This document shows, one piece after another, positions 40,010 to 50,081 of a stretch of DNA of 64,000 nucleotides. The DNA lies in IMG/VR virus record IMGVR_UViG_3300016486_001578; one strand, 5' to 3'. The translations under genes and the position numbers were made by a program. How positions within the stretch are numbered: the stretch's first letter is position 1; each line of letters begins with the position of its first letter. Below the pieces are notes generated by a model. It searched no databases and was not told the DNA's origin. It was given only the letters and a program-made list of their open reading frames with translations. The stretch comes from a virus. Its lineage: Duplodnaviria > Caudoviricetes.

Positions 40010-40779
40010 GAAACAAACAATAAGTCACCCTTTGGAATTTTATAATAAAAAACTCTCGATTCATCCAACTCTTTTATTGCATTAACTCCTTTAAAGATAT
40101 ATTTCTTATTAGTTGAGCTTTTTGCATCAGGAATAGCCACAAAATAATGTGTCTTTATTTCTGTGTAATATCCGCTTATATAAACTATATAAAATTCACC
40201 TATTAATTCAACGCTACGCAACGTTTTTGTTTGTATGGTATATTTCCTACCCTTACTAATAAAATAAGCGTCAACGCCCTTTATATCTTCTTTATAAGAG
40301 TCTGGTGCTTTGAGTTCGATTTCAAATCCCTTACTTTTTGTAAATTCTTTAAATAATAAATCAGATTCGTTTTCTTTCACTTTGCCGGATTTGGTAGCTT
40401 TATCCAATCTACCATAAATCCTACTAAAGAATTTTCCCTTTGGTGAAAATAAATCATACTTATTTTCTCTTATAAAGGATATTAAATCATCAGCAGTTCT
40501 TATTACTGAAGTAGACTTTGATATTTCTACTATCTCACACAAAATAGCTATATTTTTTTGTGCTTTATTTAATAATTCACCGCTTACCACAACACCATCA
40601 AATTCGAAACTATTGTTCCCATCAAATTTTGGATAAATTTCATTTATTATGGACCTGACTAGTAATTCCTTTTCTCTTGATTTGCTCTTATCTAGAAATA
40701 TAGGAGAAACTCCCTTCACATAAATTTTTATAGGCGCATAGCTTGCTTTATATTGACTATATTCTAATAGTAATTTCAT
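40006..40779 (-). CDS. Hypothetical protein, possible PD-(D/E)XK nuclease
   Basis: E...EDIKGVDAYF......YTIQTK pattern. Confidence 0.4.
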   Translation of the reverse strand: MKLLLEYSQYKASYAPIKIYVKGVSPIFLDKSKSREKELLVRSIINEIYPKFDGNNSFEFDGVVVSGELLNKAQKNIAILCEIVEISKSTSVIRTADDLISFIRENKYDLFSPKGKFFSRIYGRLDKATKSGKVKENESDLLFKEFTKSKGFEIELKAPDSYKEDIKGVDAYFISKGRKYTIQTKTLRSVELIGEFYIVYISGYYTEIKTHYFVAIPDAKSSTNKKYIFKGVNAIKELDESRVFYYKIPKGDLLFVS

Positions 40780-40938
40780 ATTGGTATATATTAACTTTTT
40801 ATATTGGTATATATTAACTTTTTATATTGGTATATATTAACTTTTTATATTGGTATATATTAACTTTTTATATTGGTATATATTAACTTTTTATATTGGT
40901 ATATATTAACTTTTTATATTGGTATATATTAACTTTTT
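40778..40938. repeat. Seven perfect tandem copies of 23-bp ATATTGGTATATATTAACTTTTT
   Basis: Units start at 40778, 40801, 40824, 40847, 40870, 40893 and 40916. Confidence 0.95.
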
Positions 40939-40949
40939 ATATATAATTT

Positions 40950-41222
40950 ATGAAAGAATTAGAATTTTATAAAGAGTATGAAGATTATTTAAATTGGAGG
41001 TTAGATGAGAATAAAATAAATAAGGGTAAATATTGTCTTTTAAAGATATCGAAGTCCGAGTATAATAAATTCGTAAATAGACTAGAAAATGATATCGAGT
41101 TTAATAATAAAATAATTGAAATAATAAAGATAAACAAGAGAAATGATGATATATCTGAAATATTATCCAAAGATATAGTAGAGGATGTTGATGATGATTT
41201 TTTTGATGATTTGTATATTTAA
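40950..41222 (+). CDS. Hypothetical protein
   Basis: RNDDISEIL motif. Confidence 0.5.
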   Translation: MKELEFYKEYEDYLNWRLDENKINKGKYCLLKISKSEYNKFVNRLENDIEFNNKIIEIIKINKRNDDISEILSKDIVEDVDDDFFDDLYI

Positions 41223-41243
41223 TATATATTGTATTAATGAGAT

Positions 41244-41723
41244 ATGAGACACTTAATGAGATATGAGGGATATTCGACCAAAGAAAGGGTCGATGATGTT
41301 TTGGACAAAATATCCAAATATGGTATATCTACATTAACTAAGTTAGAAAAAGAGTTTTTAGATGCTCACACACTAGGCAACGAATCCGAAGTACACAAAA
41401 GAATAACAAAAGAAGAATTTGAAAATGTATTTGAGGATGATTCGGGTTATTTTAAATTTGAATATGAATCAATGAAAGATTTTGGTGATGAGAAACACTT
41501 TATAGGTATATTATATGTTCCAGATTTAGAATTAACAAAGACTCGTAGATTGGATGGTAGATTGGAGGGTAAGATAATTAAATACAAAAATGGGCAAATT
41601 ATTCCTGAGTTCGATTCGCCAATTAAAAACGGGGAGTCTTATGATGTTTTAGAATTTTGTAATGGATTAGAACATGAATTAGACTCGTTTTTAGATTATA
41701 TAATATCCGAGATTGATAATTAA
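41244..41723 (+). CDS. Hypothetical protein with DUF6576-like N-terminal segment
   Basis: VDDVLDKISKYGISTLTKLEKEFL. Confidence 0.55.
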   Translation: MRHLMRYEGYSTKERVDDVLDKISKYGISTLTKLEKEFLDAHTLGNESEVHKRITKEEFENVFEDDSGYFKFEYESMKDFGDEKHFIGILYVPDLELTKTRRLDGRLEGKIIKYKNGQIIPEFDSPIKNGESYDVLEFCNGLEHELDSFLDYIISEIDN

Positions 41724-41762
41724 ATATATAACTTAATATATAATAAAAATAAATATAAAATA

Positions 41763-42122
41763 ATGGTAAAAAAGTATAACCAATTTATAAAAGAATTAAA
41801 CACAACAGATGAAGACGCATTTAATTATGATGAGATGGATTCTGATGCTGATATAGAAGAAACGATGATTGATGGTGGTGTTGATGTTCTTGCAGTTAAA
41901 GACGAGGAAGATAAAATCCAACAAGAAGAAGAAGAAGGATTGGATGTTTATTTATCGAAATTACAAGAACTTGCCGATAAATTAGAGGTTGAAGTAGTAG
42001 ACGGTAAAGTAGAATATAAAGGAAAAGAAATAATATTTCCTTCTGAAACAAACAAATACCATGTAGATAGAAAGAAATTTAATACCCCAGAAGAAGTTAT
42101 TTCTTACTTAGGCAATCTTTAA
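41763..42122 (+). CDS. Acidic hypothetical protein with tag
   Basis: MVKKYNQFIKE. Confidence 0.55.
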   Translation: MVKKYNQFIKELNTTDEDAFNYDEMDSDADIEETMIDGGVDVLAVKDEEDKIQQEEEEGLDVYLSKLQELADKLEVEVVDGKVEYKGKEIIFPSETNKYHVDRKKFNTPEEVISYLGNL

Positions 42123-42213
42123 ACAAAGATCTGCAACACCATGATATATACTAATATAACTTTTCTAATTAATTAAATTTTAGAATTAATATATAATAGA
42201 AAATAAATATTAT

Positions 42214-43191
42214 ATGGCAATAATAGGATCATTTAGTAATGGTAGTGCTTCCGCAGTTGAATATTCAACAATTGAAGAACTATTATCACAATTACCAGAC
42301 AATACTAATAATATAATAGGAGCCCAAGATATAAGGGATTCTATTTATACATTATGGGAAAAGGTCAATGTTGTTATATCAACACAATCAGTTTATTTTG
42401 ATAATTCAACACCCACACCAATTGATGTAGGTGGTATTCCAGCAGGAAGTACATTTAGTTCAACTGATGTTTTGGATATGTGGCAACAATTATTATATCC
42501 ATATATAGCACCCTCTTGTTCATTGGGTCCAAATTATAGTAGAGAATATGGGGACCCGGATGGACTAACAACCGATAGTATTACACTAAATTGGTCCGTA
42601 ACAAAGAACACAAATAATATAACATCAATAACAGTTGATGGTGATAGTTTTGTACCAACCGGTAATTCACAAGCTGGTACAAAAGATGTTACTGGAACAC
42701 ACAGTGTTACTCCAGGAACAAGTCAAACTAATACATTTTCTATGACAACCACTGATGGCACACAAGTGGATAACGATAATTCTACAATAACTTGGAGTAA
42801 TAGAATATACTGGGGTAGTGTAGATTTAGGTGGAGTTAATTTAACAACCACACCTGGTGCTATTCCTGGTGTTGCTATAACCTGTGATGATACACTAATA
42901 TTGAATTTAACGGGAGCTGGTGTTGGATCTGGTAGCCAATTATCCACAACTAAAAATAAATCATATAATAATATAGATGGTGGTGGTGATCATTTAATTT
43001 TCGCTTGGCCTAGTTCAGTTAGTGGGTCTACATCACCAATATTCACCGTAAATGGTTTACCTAATTCATCATTTACACAAATAAGAACTGCATCTACTTT
43101 TGTTAATCAATATGGAGTTAGTGTAGATTATGAAGTATGGGTATCTAATACATTACAGAACTCACCAATATCATTATTTACTATAAGTTAA
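42214..43191 (+). CDS. Virion structural protein (fibre/collar-associated)
   Basis: T/S/G-rich beta composition; TAATATATA at 42187-95. Confidence 0.55.
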   Translation: MAIIGSFSNGSASAVEYSTIEELLSQLPDNTNNIIGAQDIRDSIYTLWEKVNVVISTQSVYFDNSTPTPIDVGGIPAGSTFSSTDVLDMWQQLLYPYIAPSCSLGPNYSREYGDPDGLTTDSITLNWSVTKNTNNITSITVDGDSFVPTGNSQAGTKDVTGTHSVTPGTSQTNTFSMTTTDGTQVDNDNSTITWSNRIYWGSVDLGGVNLTTTPGAIPGVAITCDDTLILNLTGAGVGSGSQLSTTKNKSYNNIDGGGDHLIFAWPSSVSGSTSPIFTVNGLPNSSFTQIRTASTFVNQYGVSVDYEVWVSNTLQNSPISLFTIS

Positions 43192-43205
43192 AAAAATAAA
43201 ATAAA

Positions 43206-44498
43206 ATGGCTAAAAATACAGGAACATTAATAACATCATCGATTAGACCAAATGACTCTAATGACCCAATAGCATCCGCTTTTTCTAATGAAATAAAGGG
43301 TGGTTTGCATAGTGGCACACAGAGCATATATAGAGACTCTATTATATCTGAGCGTAGAGAATGGGGTATGTTATGTTATGTAACTGATGAAGATAAATCA
43401 TATCAATTAAGATATAATGAATCATCAACCGATATAGATGATAATGGAAATTGGGTGGAATTTACTGCCTCTAGTTTGGCACAACAGTTATATCTTGAAA
43501 ATTATACTAGTTATAATCCAAATAATGTCGATGGTGATAATTCATTCGCAATTGGTAGCTATCAAACAACAGAGGGTGATTATGCTGCTGCTATTGGAGG
43601 AGCACAAAATGGAGCATTTGGTGATTATTCAATATCTTTGGGTGGAATTTTAAATAACGCAAATGACGAATATTCAATTGCGGTTGGTGGTATAGGAAAT
43701 GAATCACATGGTTATCTTTCAACAACTTTAGGTGGCATTGATAATACCACCGGTGCTACAACTAGTGCTGTTATTTCTGGTGACAATTGCCATGTTTATG
43801 GTAGAAGTAGTATAACACTAGGTGGTCGTGATTTACATGCATTCTCTACCGCTGAGGTGGTAATCGGTCAATATAATAGTTTTTACACAGCATCAAATAA
43901 TAACCTTTTTGTTACGGAAGATAGATTGTTTGTTATAGGAAACGGAACCTCATCAGGTGGTGTTTTTAGATCTGATGCTTTTACTGTTCTTAAAAATTCA
44001 CAAGTTGGTATTAATATTTCAAATTTTGAAGCAAATAATCCAAATGGTGCTATTTTAAATTTAAACGGAGATTTAGAAATACAAGGTGGTATATTTGATT
44101 CAAATGGAGATAAGGGAACATTAAACCAAATATTATCAACAAATGCTTCTGGTGATGTTGAGTGGGTAAATACATCAGAGGTTCAATTTATGGCAGGTGG
44201 AGGTGGTACAACTAGAAATATTAATGTAAATAAAGAAACACATTATCTATACATCACTTCCATAGATAATGGAGATGAAATAAGAATACCAGATGCTGTG
44301 GATGTTACTCCTAGTACTACTATATACATAATTGACCAAGATGGTAATGCTGGAGCTACTAGTAGTGTTATAATAGAGCCACTTAATGGTAATATGAATG
44401 GTGCTAATGGTACTAATTTACAAGAACCATATCAAGTTATAAAACTCATAAATAATGGTATTAATTGGTTTATAGCTTTTGGTGGAACTGCTAATTAA
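43206..44498 (+). CDS. Tail fibre / adhesin-like protein
   Basis: 14-aa YadA-head-like repeats (S.A.GG..N.A.G.Y); LFVIGNG...RSDAFTVLKN. Confidence 0.65.
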   Translation: MAKNTGTLITSSIRPNDSNDPIASAFSNEIKGGLHSGTQSIYRDSIISERREWGMLCYVTDEDKSYQLRYNESSTDIDDNGNWVEFTASSLAQQLYLENYTSYNPNNVDGDNSFAIGSYQTTEGDYAAAIGGAQNGAFGDYSISLGGILNNANDEYSIAVGGIGNESHGYLSTTLGGIDNTTGATTSAVISGDNCHVYGRSSITLGGRDLHAFSTAEVVIGQYNSFYTASNNNLFVTEDRLFVIGNGTSSGGVFRSDAFTVLKNSQVGINISNFEANNPNGAILNLNGDLEIQGGIFDSNGDKGTLNQILSTNASGDVEWVNTSEVQFMAGGGGTTRNINVNKETHYLYITSIDNGDEIRIPDAVDVTPSTTIYIIDQDGNAGATSSVIIEPLNGNMNGANGTNLQEPYQVIKLINNGINWFIAFGGTAN

Positions 44499-44559
44499 CT
44501 AACTAATTAATTAGTTAATATTTTCTTATTATTTGGTATAATTTTTTAATATATAAACT

Positions 44560-45306
44560 ATGAAATATATTAAGCAATTCGAATTTGTTCAAAATGATTT
44601 TGAGCCTATATCATCTTTTAAATTAAAAGATGATTTAAACCCAAAAGTATGGGAGGAAGAAACCATGAGACCAGAAGTTAGAGAGCAACTATTAACTATT
44701 GCTCAAGATTTCTTTAATACAACAGATCTTAGTGTTAAAATAAAAGATATAATTCTAACTGGTTCTTTATCAAATTATAATTGGTCAGAGAGATATTCTG
44801 ATTATGATTTACACATACTAATTGATTTCAAAGAAGTTAATGAAGATTCTGTCTTAGTTAAAAGATTTGTTGATGCTGTTAAGAATGTTTGGAACAAACA
44901 ATATGATATAAAAATAGAAGGATACGAGGTTGAGGTTTATATACAAAGTATAGAAGAACCACACAGAGCATCAGGAGTTTACTCCGTATTGAATGATAAA
45001 TGGAATGTTAAACCAACTAGAGTTGATTTTGAACCGGATGATGAATCTATAAAAGAGAAATCAAAAACCGTTATGATGTTAGTTGATGATTTATATGATG
45101 AGTTCGAAAGTTATAACTATGATGATTTTGTAAAAGAGGTCAGAAAGGTTTGGGATAAGATAAAAAGATATAGACAGTCTGGGTTAGAAAGTGAGGGTGG
45201 TGAATTCTCAACAGGAAATTTAGTTTTTAAATTACTAAGACGTAATGGATATATAGGAAAAATATTAGATATGAGGAAAAAATCATACCAAAACCAATTT
45301 AAATAA
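44560..45306 (+). CDS. Pol-beta-superfamily nucleotidyltransferase with tag
   Basis: LTGSLSNYNW...SDYDLH and EVEVY motifs; MKYIKQFEF. Confidence 0.7.
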   Translation: MKYIKQFEFVQNDFEPISSFKLKDDLNPKVWEEETMRPEVREQLLTIAQDFFNTTDLSVKIKDIILTGSLSNYNWSERYSDYDLHILIDFKEVNEDSVLVKRFVDAVKNVWNKQYDIKIEGYEVEVYIQSIEEPHRASGVYSVLNDKWNVKPTRVDFEPDDESIKEKSKTVMMLVDDLYDEFESYNYDDFVKEVRKVWDKIKRYRQSGLESEGGEFSTGNLVFKLLRRNGYIGKILDMRKKSYQNQFK

Positions 45307-46001
45307 TGATAAAGATATCAGAAATAGAACAAACATTTAAGGATATATTCAGCGAAGAAGATGGATATGTTAAATCAATAGAGACTTTATATGAAAAGCC
45401 AAAAACTGGTGATAATTTTTTAAAATTAATAATATCACTACATGGATTATCGGTTGAGGATATTAGTATTATACACACTAAGTTTATATTTAAAGTAGAT
45501 TTAAATAAAAGTAAATTAGAATCTAATTCCTTTATTTATCTTTATAATATAAATTGTGATTACCATAAGGTTGAGTTTGATAGTATATTTGATATGAAGA
45601 AAAAGATAGAAGATATAATTGACTCAAATGATTTTGGAAAAGATTTGCAGATTTTATCTGATTTTATCGAAGCACCCGCTATGTTTTTGAATTATTATAT
45701 GAGGAGAAGTGATATAACAGAGTATTCTATATTTAGTGTTGTTTATGATCCGAAATTCAAAACAACACCTTGTGCGGAAACCACATTTGATTTTGATATA
45801 AATATAAACAATAATTATAATATGGATTTGTCTATTAGAAAATTAGAACCGGTAGACGATAAAGAAGAAAATTCATATAAATTTCAATTTAAGTTTATGG
45901 ATGACATTGAAACGGTTGAGACAGACACAATAAAAAATATACACTTCTTCATAGGGTCCAACATAGCAAAAGTATTAGATAGAAAATTAAAGAATAAATA
46001 G
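45306..46001 (+). CDS. Hypothetical protein
   Basis: 231-aa ORF. Confidence 0.55.
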   Translation: MIKISEIEQTFKDIFSEEDGYVKSIETLYEKPKTGDNFLKLIISLHGLSVEDISIIHTKFIFKVDLNKSKLESNSFIYLYNINCDYHKVEFDSIFDMKKKIEDIIDSNDFGKDLQILSDFIEAPAMFLNYYMRRSDITEYSIFSVVYDPKFKTTPCAETTFDFDININNNYNMDLSIRKLEPVDDKEENSYKFQFKFMDDIETVETDTIKNIHFFIGSNIAKVLDRKLKNK

Positions 46002-46003
46002 AT

Positions 46004-46678
46004 ATGAAATATATCAATAAATTTAATTTTTATATCAAGGAGTCTAAAAATATAGATATAGATGAGATAAAAACTATACTACTAAGTATTGGTGATATGG
46101 GAATTGATACATCTAATATAACAGAAGGCGTTATAGTTTGTTCTGATAAATCAGATGATAACAACGGCAGAGACTTCATAAGCATAAACATGAATTTGAG
46201 TGATTTTGATGTAACAAATGCTATCCTAGGTGGTGTTGAAAAGGTATATATCAATGATGATTTGATTTGGGAATTTATGGATGAGTTGATTTCTATAAAA
46301 AATAAAGTCATTGGTGTTGGTGCACATAATTGTATTATTGATTTTCATAATAACGGAGGAGGATGGGTTGTATTTAATTTAATAGTCATTGGTCAAAAAA
46401 GAGATATAGAATCAAATGAGTATAAAATTCTAGAGCTTTATAAAAAAATAAAATCTATAATTTTTCCAATGAAAACAGACTTTGCTTATGATACAATCGT
46501 GAAATTAGAAGATAATATAATAAAAATCTCAACAAATAGTTGGTCATATACCGATAGAAAGTTTAATAATATTTTAAGAAATGCTTTGGTCTCTTGTGGA
46601 TTAACTGGGAAAGACATAGAAGTATCAAAAAGTCAAAAATCAGGAATTGGTACCATAAATAAAATTGAGATGAAATGA
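46004..46678 (+). CDS. Hypothetical protein with tag
   Basis: MKYINKFNFYIKES. Confidence 0.55.
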   Translation: MKYINKFNFYIKESKNIDIDEIKTILLSIGDMGIDTSNITEGVIVCSDKSDDNNGRDFISINMNLSDFDVTNAILGGVEKVYINDDLIWEFMDELISIKNKVIGVGAHNCIIDFHNNGGGWVVFNLIVIGQKRDIESNEYKILELYKKIKSIIFPMKTDFAYDTIVKLEDNIIKISTNSWSYTDRKFNNILRNALVSCGLTGKDIEVSKSQKSGIGTINKIEMK

Positions 46679-47106
46679 GATATATAAAGAAATTTTACAA
46701 AACTAACGAAGATATTAATAAAAATACCGACTTATATAATAAGTATCAGGGTATAAAAAAAGAGCGTGTTGGTCCTTGTGATTTTGACACATTTAAAGAT
46801 ATATTGATTGAGTTATGTGATGACTATGGTGATTATAAATTTGATAAATTTGTAACTGACGTTGATGATGATGAAAATTATTATTCTTGTGTTATAGATT
46901 TGGAATTTTTAAATTTAGATTATGGATATGTTGAGAATGTAGAAGTTAATACTAATGTTTTGGTTGATTCATTTGGAAGCTATGATGATCCATATGATTT
47001 TGAATATTCATTAGATGGTAATATGGTATATAACAGAATGGATATAGAAAAGGATAAATTAAAAAAAAACACTAAAGGTTATAGAAAAAATGATGGACTC
47101 ATATGA
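46675..47106 (+). CDS. Hypothetical protein with tag (C-terminus probably frameshifted at the A-run near 47061)
   Basis: MRYIKKFYKTNE. Confidence 0.5.
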   Translation: MRYIKKFYKTNEDINKNTDLYNKYQGIKKERVGPCDFDTFKDILIELCDDYGDYKFDKFVTDVDDDENYYSCVIDLEFLNLDYGYVENVEVNTNVLVDSFGSYDDPYDFEYSLDGNMVYNRMDIEKDKLKKNTKGYRKNDGLI

Positions 47107-47210
47107 TAAGTCAAAAAATCTTATTAAGAAAATAGAGAATAATATTTATAATAGATTAAAGGCTTTTGAAAACTTCAAATCACTAACTATTGGTTTTGAG
47201 GAACATAGGC

Positions 47211-47453
47211 TTAGTATTTACTTTGATATAATTGAAAAATAACAACTTCGTTATATCCAATATCATGGTTAAATCTATATTTAATAAAGTTTGATATCTC
47301 TAAACACTTTTCATATTCCTCATCTTCTTTCAATAAATCAATAACACATTCCAATATTTCTTTTGAATAAGGTATTAAATTTTTACCATAAGGTTTACCA
47401 GATAAAATTCTATTATAGATTTCTAGACCATTTAATGTTTCTGTATTTTTCAT
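47211..47453 (-). CDS. Hypothetical protein
   Basis: ORF coupled to the gp47-like gene; EEYEKC motif. Confidence 0.5.
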   Translation of the reverse strand: MKNTETLNGLEIYNRILSGKPYGKNLIPYSKEILECVIDLLKEDEEYEKCLEISNFIKYRFNHDIGYNEVVIFQLYQSKY

Positions 47454-48568
47454 TAATCTAAATTTGAATAGCTCTCTTTATAAATCTTTATTATATCACC
47501 ATACTCATCGAGTATTCCCTCTTTGAATTTATCATTATCATATTTTTGTTTTAAAATGAATTCTTTAACATAATCCTCATAATCTAATTTTATAGATATG
47601 TCTATTGAGTCCTCATCTATTTCTTCAATAATCTCATCATCTTCTAATTCGTTTGTTATATCATCTATGTAGTCAATGGATGTGAAGTTTCCCTTTTCTA
47701 ATAAGATTTCTAATTTTCTTCTTAGTTTTCTATTAGATATTAATAAATTATTTGATATTGTTATATCAATATAATCCTTGGTATCTTTTAACTCTTCGAG
47801 TAATTCTATATCATCTTCTTCGGCTATTCTAACTTTTTTAAAAACAGGAGATATATTATTTTTTATAAATTCCTCTTCCCCAGTAACAACATCAATAACA
47901 AAAATGCCTTTTTGGTCACCATAATCATTTCTATCCATCTGGAAATTTGAACCAACAAAAACAAAATTCTTACTTTTTTGAACTAAATGGATGTGACCAG
48001 AATAAACACCTTTGAACCCACTAAATTCATCAACATCAATCTTATCTAGGTTTTTATGACCAATGGATGTTAAGTGCATCTTAGCACCATTTAAATCTGA
48101 ATGACAAAATAGATAATCACAATCTTTGTTATTATTTATGTGAAATATCTGGTCTTTCTTTTTCATTAGATAAGGCATCAATAATAACTTATTTCCTTTA
48201 TATTCTATTTTTGTGGTTTTATCATAAATATGAACATTCGGTATGTATTTAAATGGTCTTATCGTGTTTATTTCATCCGAACTCCTTGACCAACAATCAT
48301 GATTTCCCACTATTATGTGCAGTGGTGCTATTTTTGATATAGCTTCAACTTGATCCATAGCAAAGTTCAATAAATTAATAGGAATAACATTTCTATTATC
48401 AAATAGATCACCTAAGTGTATTATTATGTCACCTGGTTCTATTCTCTCTTTTAGTGTGGGTATTAGGAAGTCATTGAAGTATTCTTGGTGTATCCTTAAC
48501 CACTTATCTGTTTTGTTGGGATATCCCAAACCTATGTGGGAATCACCAACTAGGTAAATTTTACTCAT
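47453..48568 (-). CDS. Mre11/SbcD-like recombination endonuclease (T4 gp47-like)
   Basis: GDSHIG, HLGDLFDNR, VGNHD, CH, SGHIH metallophosphoesterase motifs. Confidence 0.9.
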   Translation of the reverse strand: MSKIYLVGDSHIGLGYPNKTDKWLRIHQEYFNDFLIPTLKERIEPGDIIIHLGDLFDNRNVIPINLLNFAMDQVEAISKIAPLHIIVGNHDCWSRSSDEINTIRPFKYIPNVHIYDKTTKIEYKGNKLLLMPYLMKKKDQIFHINNNKDCDYLFCHSDLNGAKMHLTSIGHKNLDKIDVDEFSGFKGVYSGHIHLVQKSKNFVFVGSNFQMDRNDYGDQKGIFVIDVVTGEEEFIKNNISPVFKKVRIAEEDDIELLEELKDTKDYIDITISNNLLISNRKLRRKLEILLEKGNFTSIDYIDDITNELEDDEIIEEIDEDSIDISIKLDYEDYVKEFILKQKYDNDKFKEGILDEYGDIIKIYKESYSNLD

Positions 48569-48638
48569 ATATATTCTATTATTTTTTATTTATATTAAAA
48601 TATCTTTTATTGTTCTTTTTTAATTAATATATATTACT

Positions 48639-49316
48639 ATGAATCACTTAAAGTTATTTGAATCTTTTAATAATTATATTGATTTCTGTGATATTTTTGG
48701 TGAATCATTAATTAGAGGCGTTGATATTGATATAGATGAGTATATAGATGATCCTAAATTAAGAAAAATATCATCTGGGTCATCTAAGGAAGAAGATTAT
48801 GTTTCTTTTCTTAAAAATTATAAAAATATAGGATTACAAGATCCACTTAAATCAATTCACTTCTACTTAAATCCAACTAATGACCAAATAAAATACCTAG
48901 ATTGGTATGGTAATTCATATAAACCAATTCCTCACAAAGATGCCGTATTTTCATTTAATAAGGAGTTACGAAATGGTGGTCTTGGTTCTACGTGGTTTTT
49001 CTTAGAAAGAACATTAGAAGATTTTTTAGGTATGTCAGAAGATGATATAGGTAAATTATTTATTAACGAATATGGATATCATTTAGGTCCACCATCACCA
49101 TCCTTTTCAACAGTTAAGTTATTATTAAAGGAACTCTATAATGAAAATAAATTAGATTTTTTTAAAAAGTGCTCTGAATATCAGAATCTTTTAGTCGAAG
49201 GTGGTGTCTTGGGTAATCTTACTTATAATGAGCTTTTGGAACTATCAAAGGATGGAAAATTAAATTTACAAATATGGACGGAAAGCCCGGTGCTTCACCA
49301 GAGGATAAGATATTAG
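48639..49316 (+). CDS. Hypothetical protein with MNHLKLFESF tag
   Basis: Tag; TAATATATA at 48625-33. Confidence 0.6.
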   Translation: MNHLKLFESFNNYIDFCDIFGESLIRGVDIDIDEYIDDPKLRKISSGSSKEEDYVSFLKNYKNIGLQDPLKSIHFYLNPTNDQIKYLDWYGNSYKPIPHKDAVFSFNKELRNGGLGSTWFFLERTLEDFLGMSEDDIGKLFINEYGYHLGPPSPSFSTVKLLLKELYNENKLDFFKKCSEYQNLLVEGGVLGNLTYNELLELSKDGKLNLQIWTESPVLHQRIRY

Positions 49317-49403
49317 AAAAATGGGTTTTCTAAAATAATATATATGATAGAGAAATACTATAAGTTAATATATATTTTAAGATAAAAAATAACAAATAAA
49401 GAT

Positions 49404-50027
49404 ATGCCGTTACCGCACTTTACTCAAATTTCAAACGTAGGCTCTCCTGGTGGACCAGGAACCTTACCAGATGAGGTTGTATATTTAAATCTCTTTGAGG
49501 TTACATTTATATTACCTGTAATCCTACAAGCACAAGGAAGAGACCCTATTCTATTATTAGAAAATGCTACAAAAATTAGCTTAGGTGCATTAACTAGCTT
49601 TGATATACAGAATGTTAAACAACGTTTCAAGTATTCAACTAGAGAGTTCTTAACAACACCAACCATAACATCTGGTGAGATAATGATACCATTTCAAGTA
49701 AATGTTAACCAACAAGGATCTATGGAAAATTGGACAACAATGAAAGCTTGGTATGATTTGGTATTTAATTCACAAAATGGTTCTCTACACTATAAAAGTG
49801 ATATAATAGGAACAATAATAGTAAATCAACACGATAAAAAAGGAGTCGTTCTTAGAAGAGTAACTTTTCAGAACTGTCAGTTAAAGATACTAACAGGATG
49901 GGAGTTAGATTGGTCATCAAACAATATTGTTGATAGCGTTGATGCAACATTTGTTTATGATTATTTCATAGATGAATATATAGATCAAAACTTCACAATA
50001 TCACCACCTATTATTTCTGGATATTAA
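49404..50027 (+). CDS. Tail tube protein (gp19-like)
   Basis: NLFEVTF...MKAWYDLVFN..NG...YK...G.I...D..G...R...F.NC......LDW.......ATFVYDY. Confidence 0.75.
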   Translation: MPLPHFTQISNVGSPGGPGTLPDEVVYLNLFEVTFILPVILQAQGRDPILLLENATKISLGALTSFDIQNVKQRFKYSTREFLTTPTITSGEIMIPFQVNVNQQGSMENWTTMKAWYDLVFNSQNGSLHYKSDIIGTIIVNQHDKKGVVLRRVTFQNCQLKILTGWELDWSSNNIVDSVDATFVYDYFIDEYIDQNFTISPPIISGY

Positions 50028-50043
50028 TAAATGAATAAATAAT

Positions 50044-50081
50044 AAAAAAAAAGACGAACAATTTTGTTCGTCTTTTTTTTT
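50044..50081. terminator. Bidirectional terminator
   Basis: A-run-GACGAACA-ATTT-TGTTCGTC-T-run between convergent genes. Confidence 0.8.

Noticed and set aside
40778-40938. Possible CRISPR array
   Set aside because: Units are directly adjacent with no spacers, and no cas genes are present; it is a plain tandem repeat
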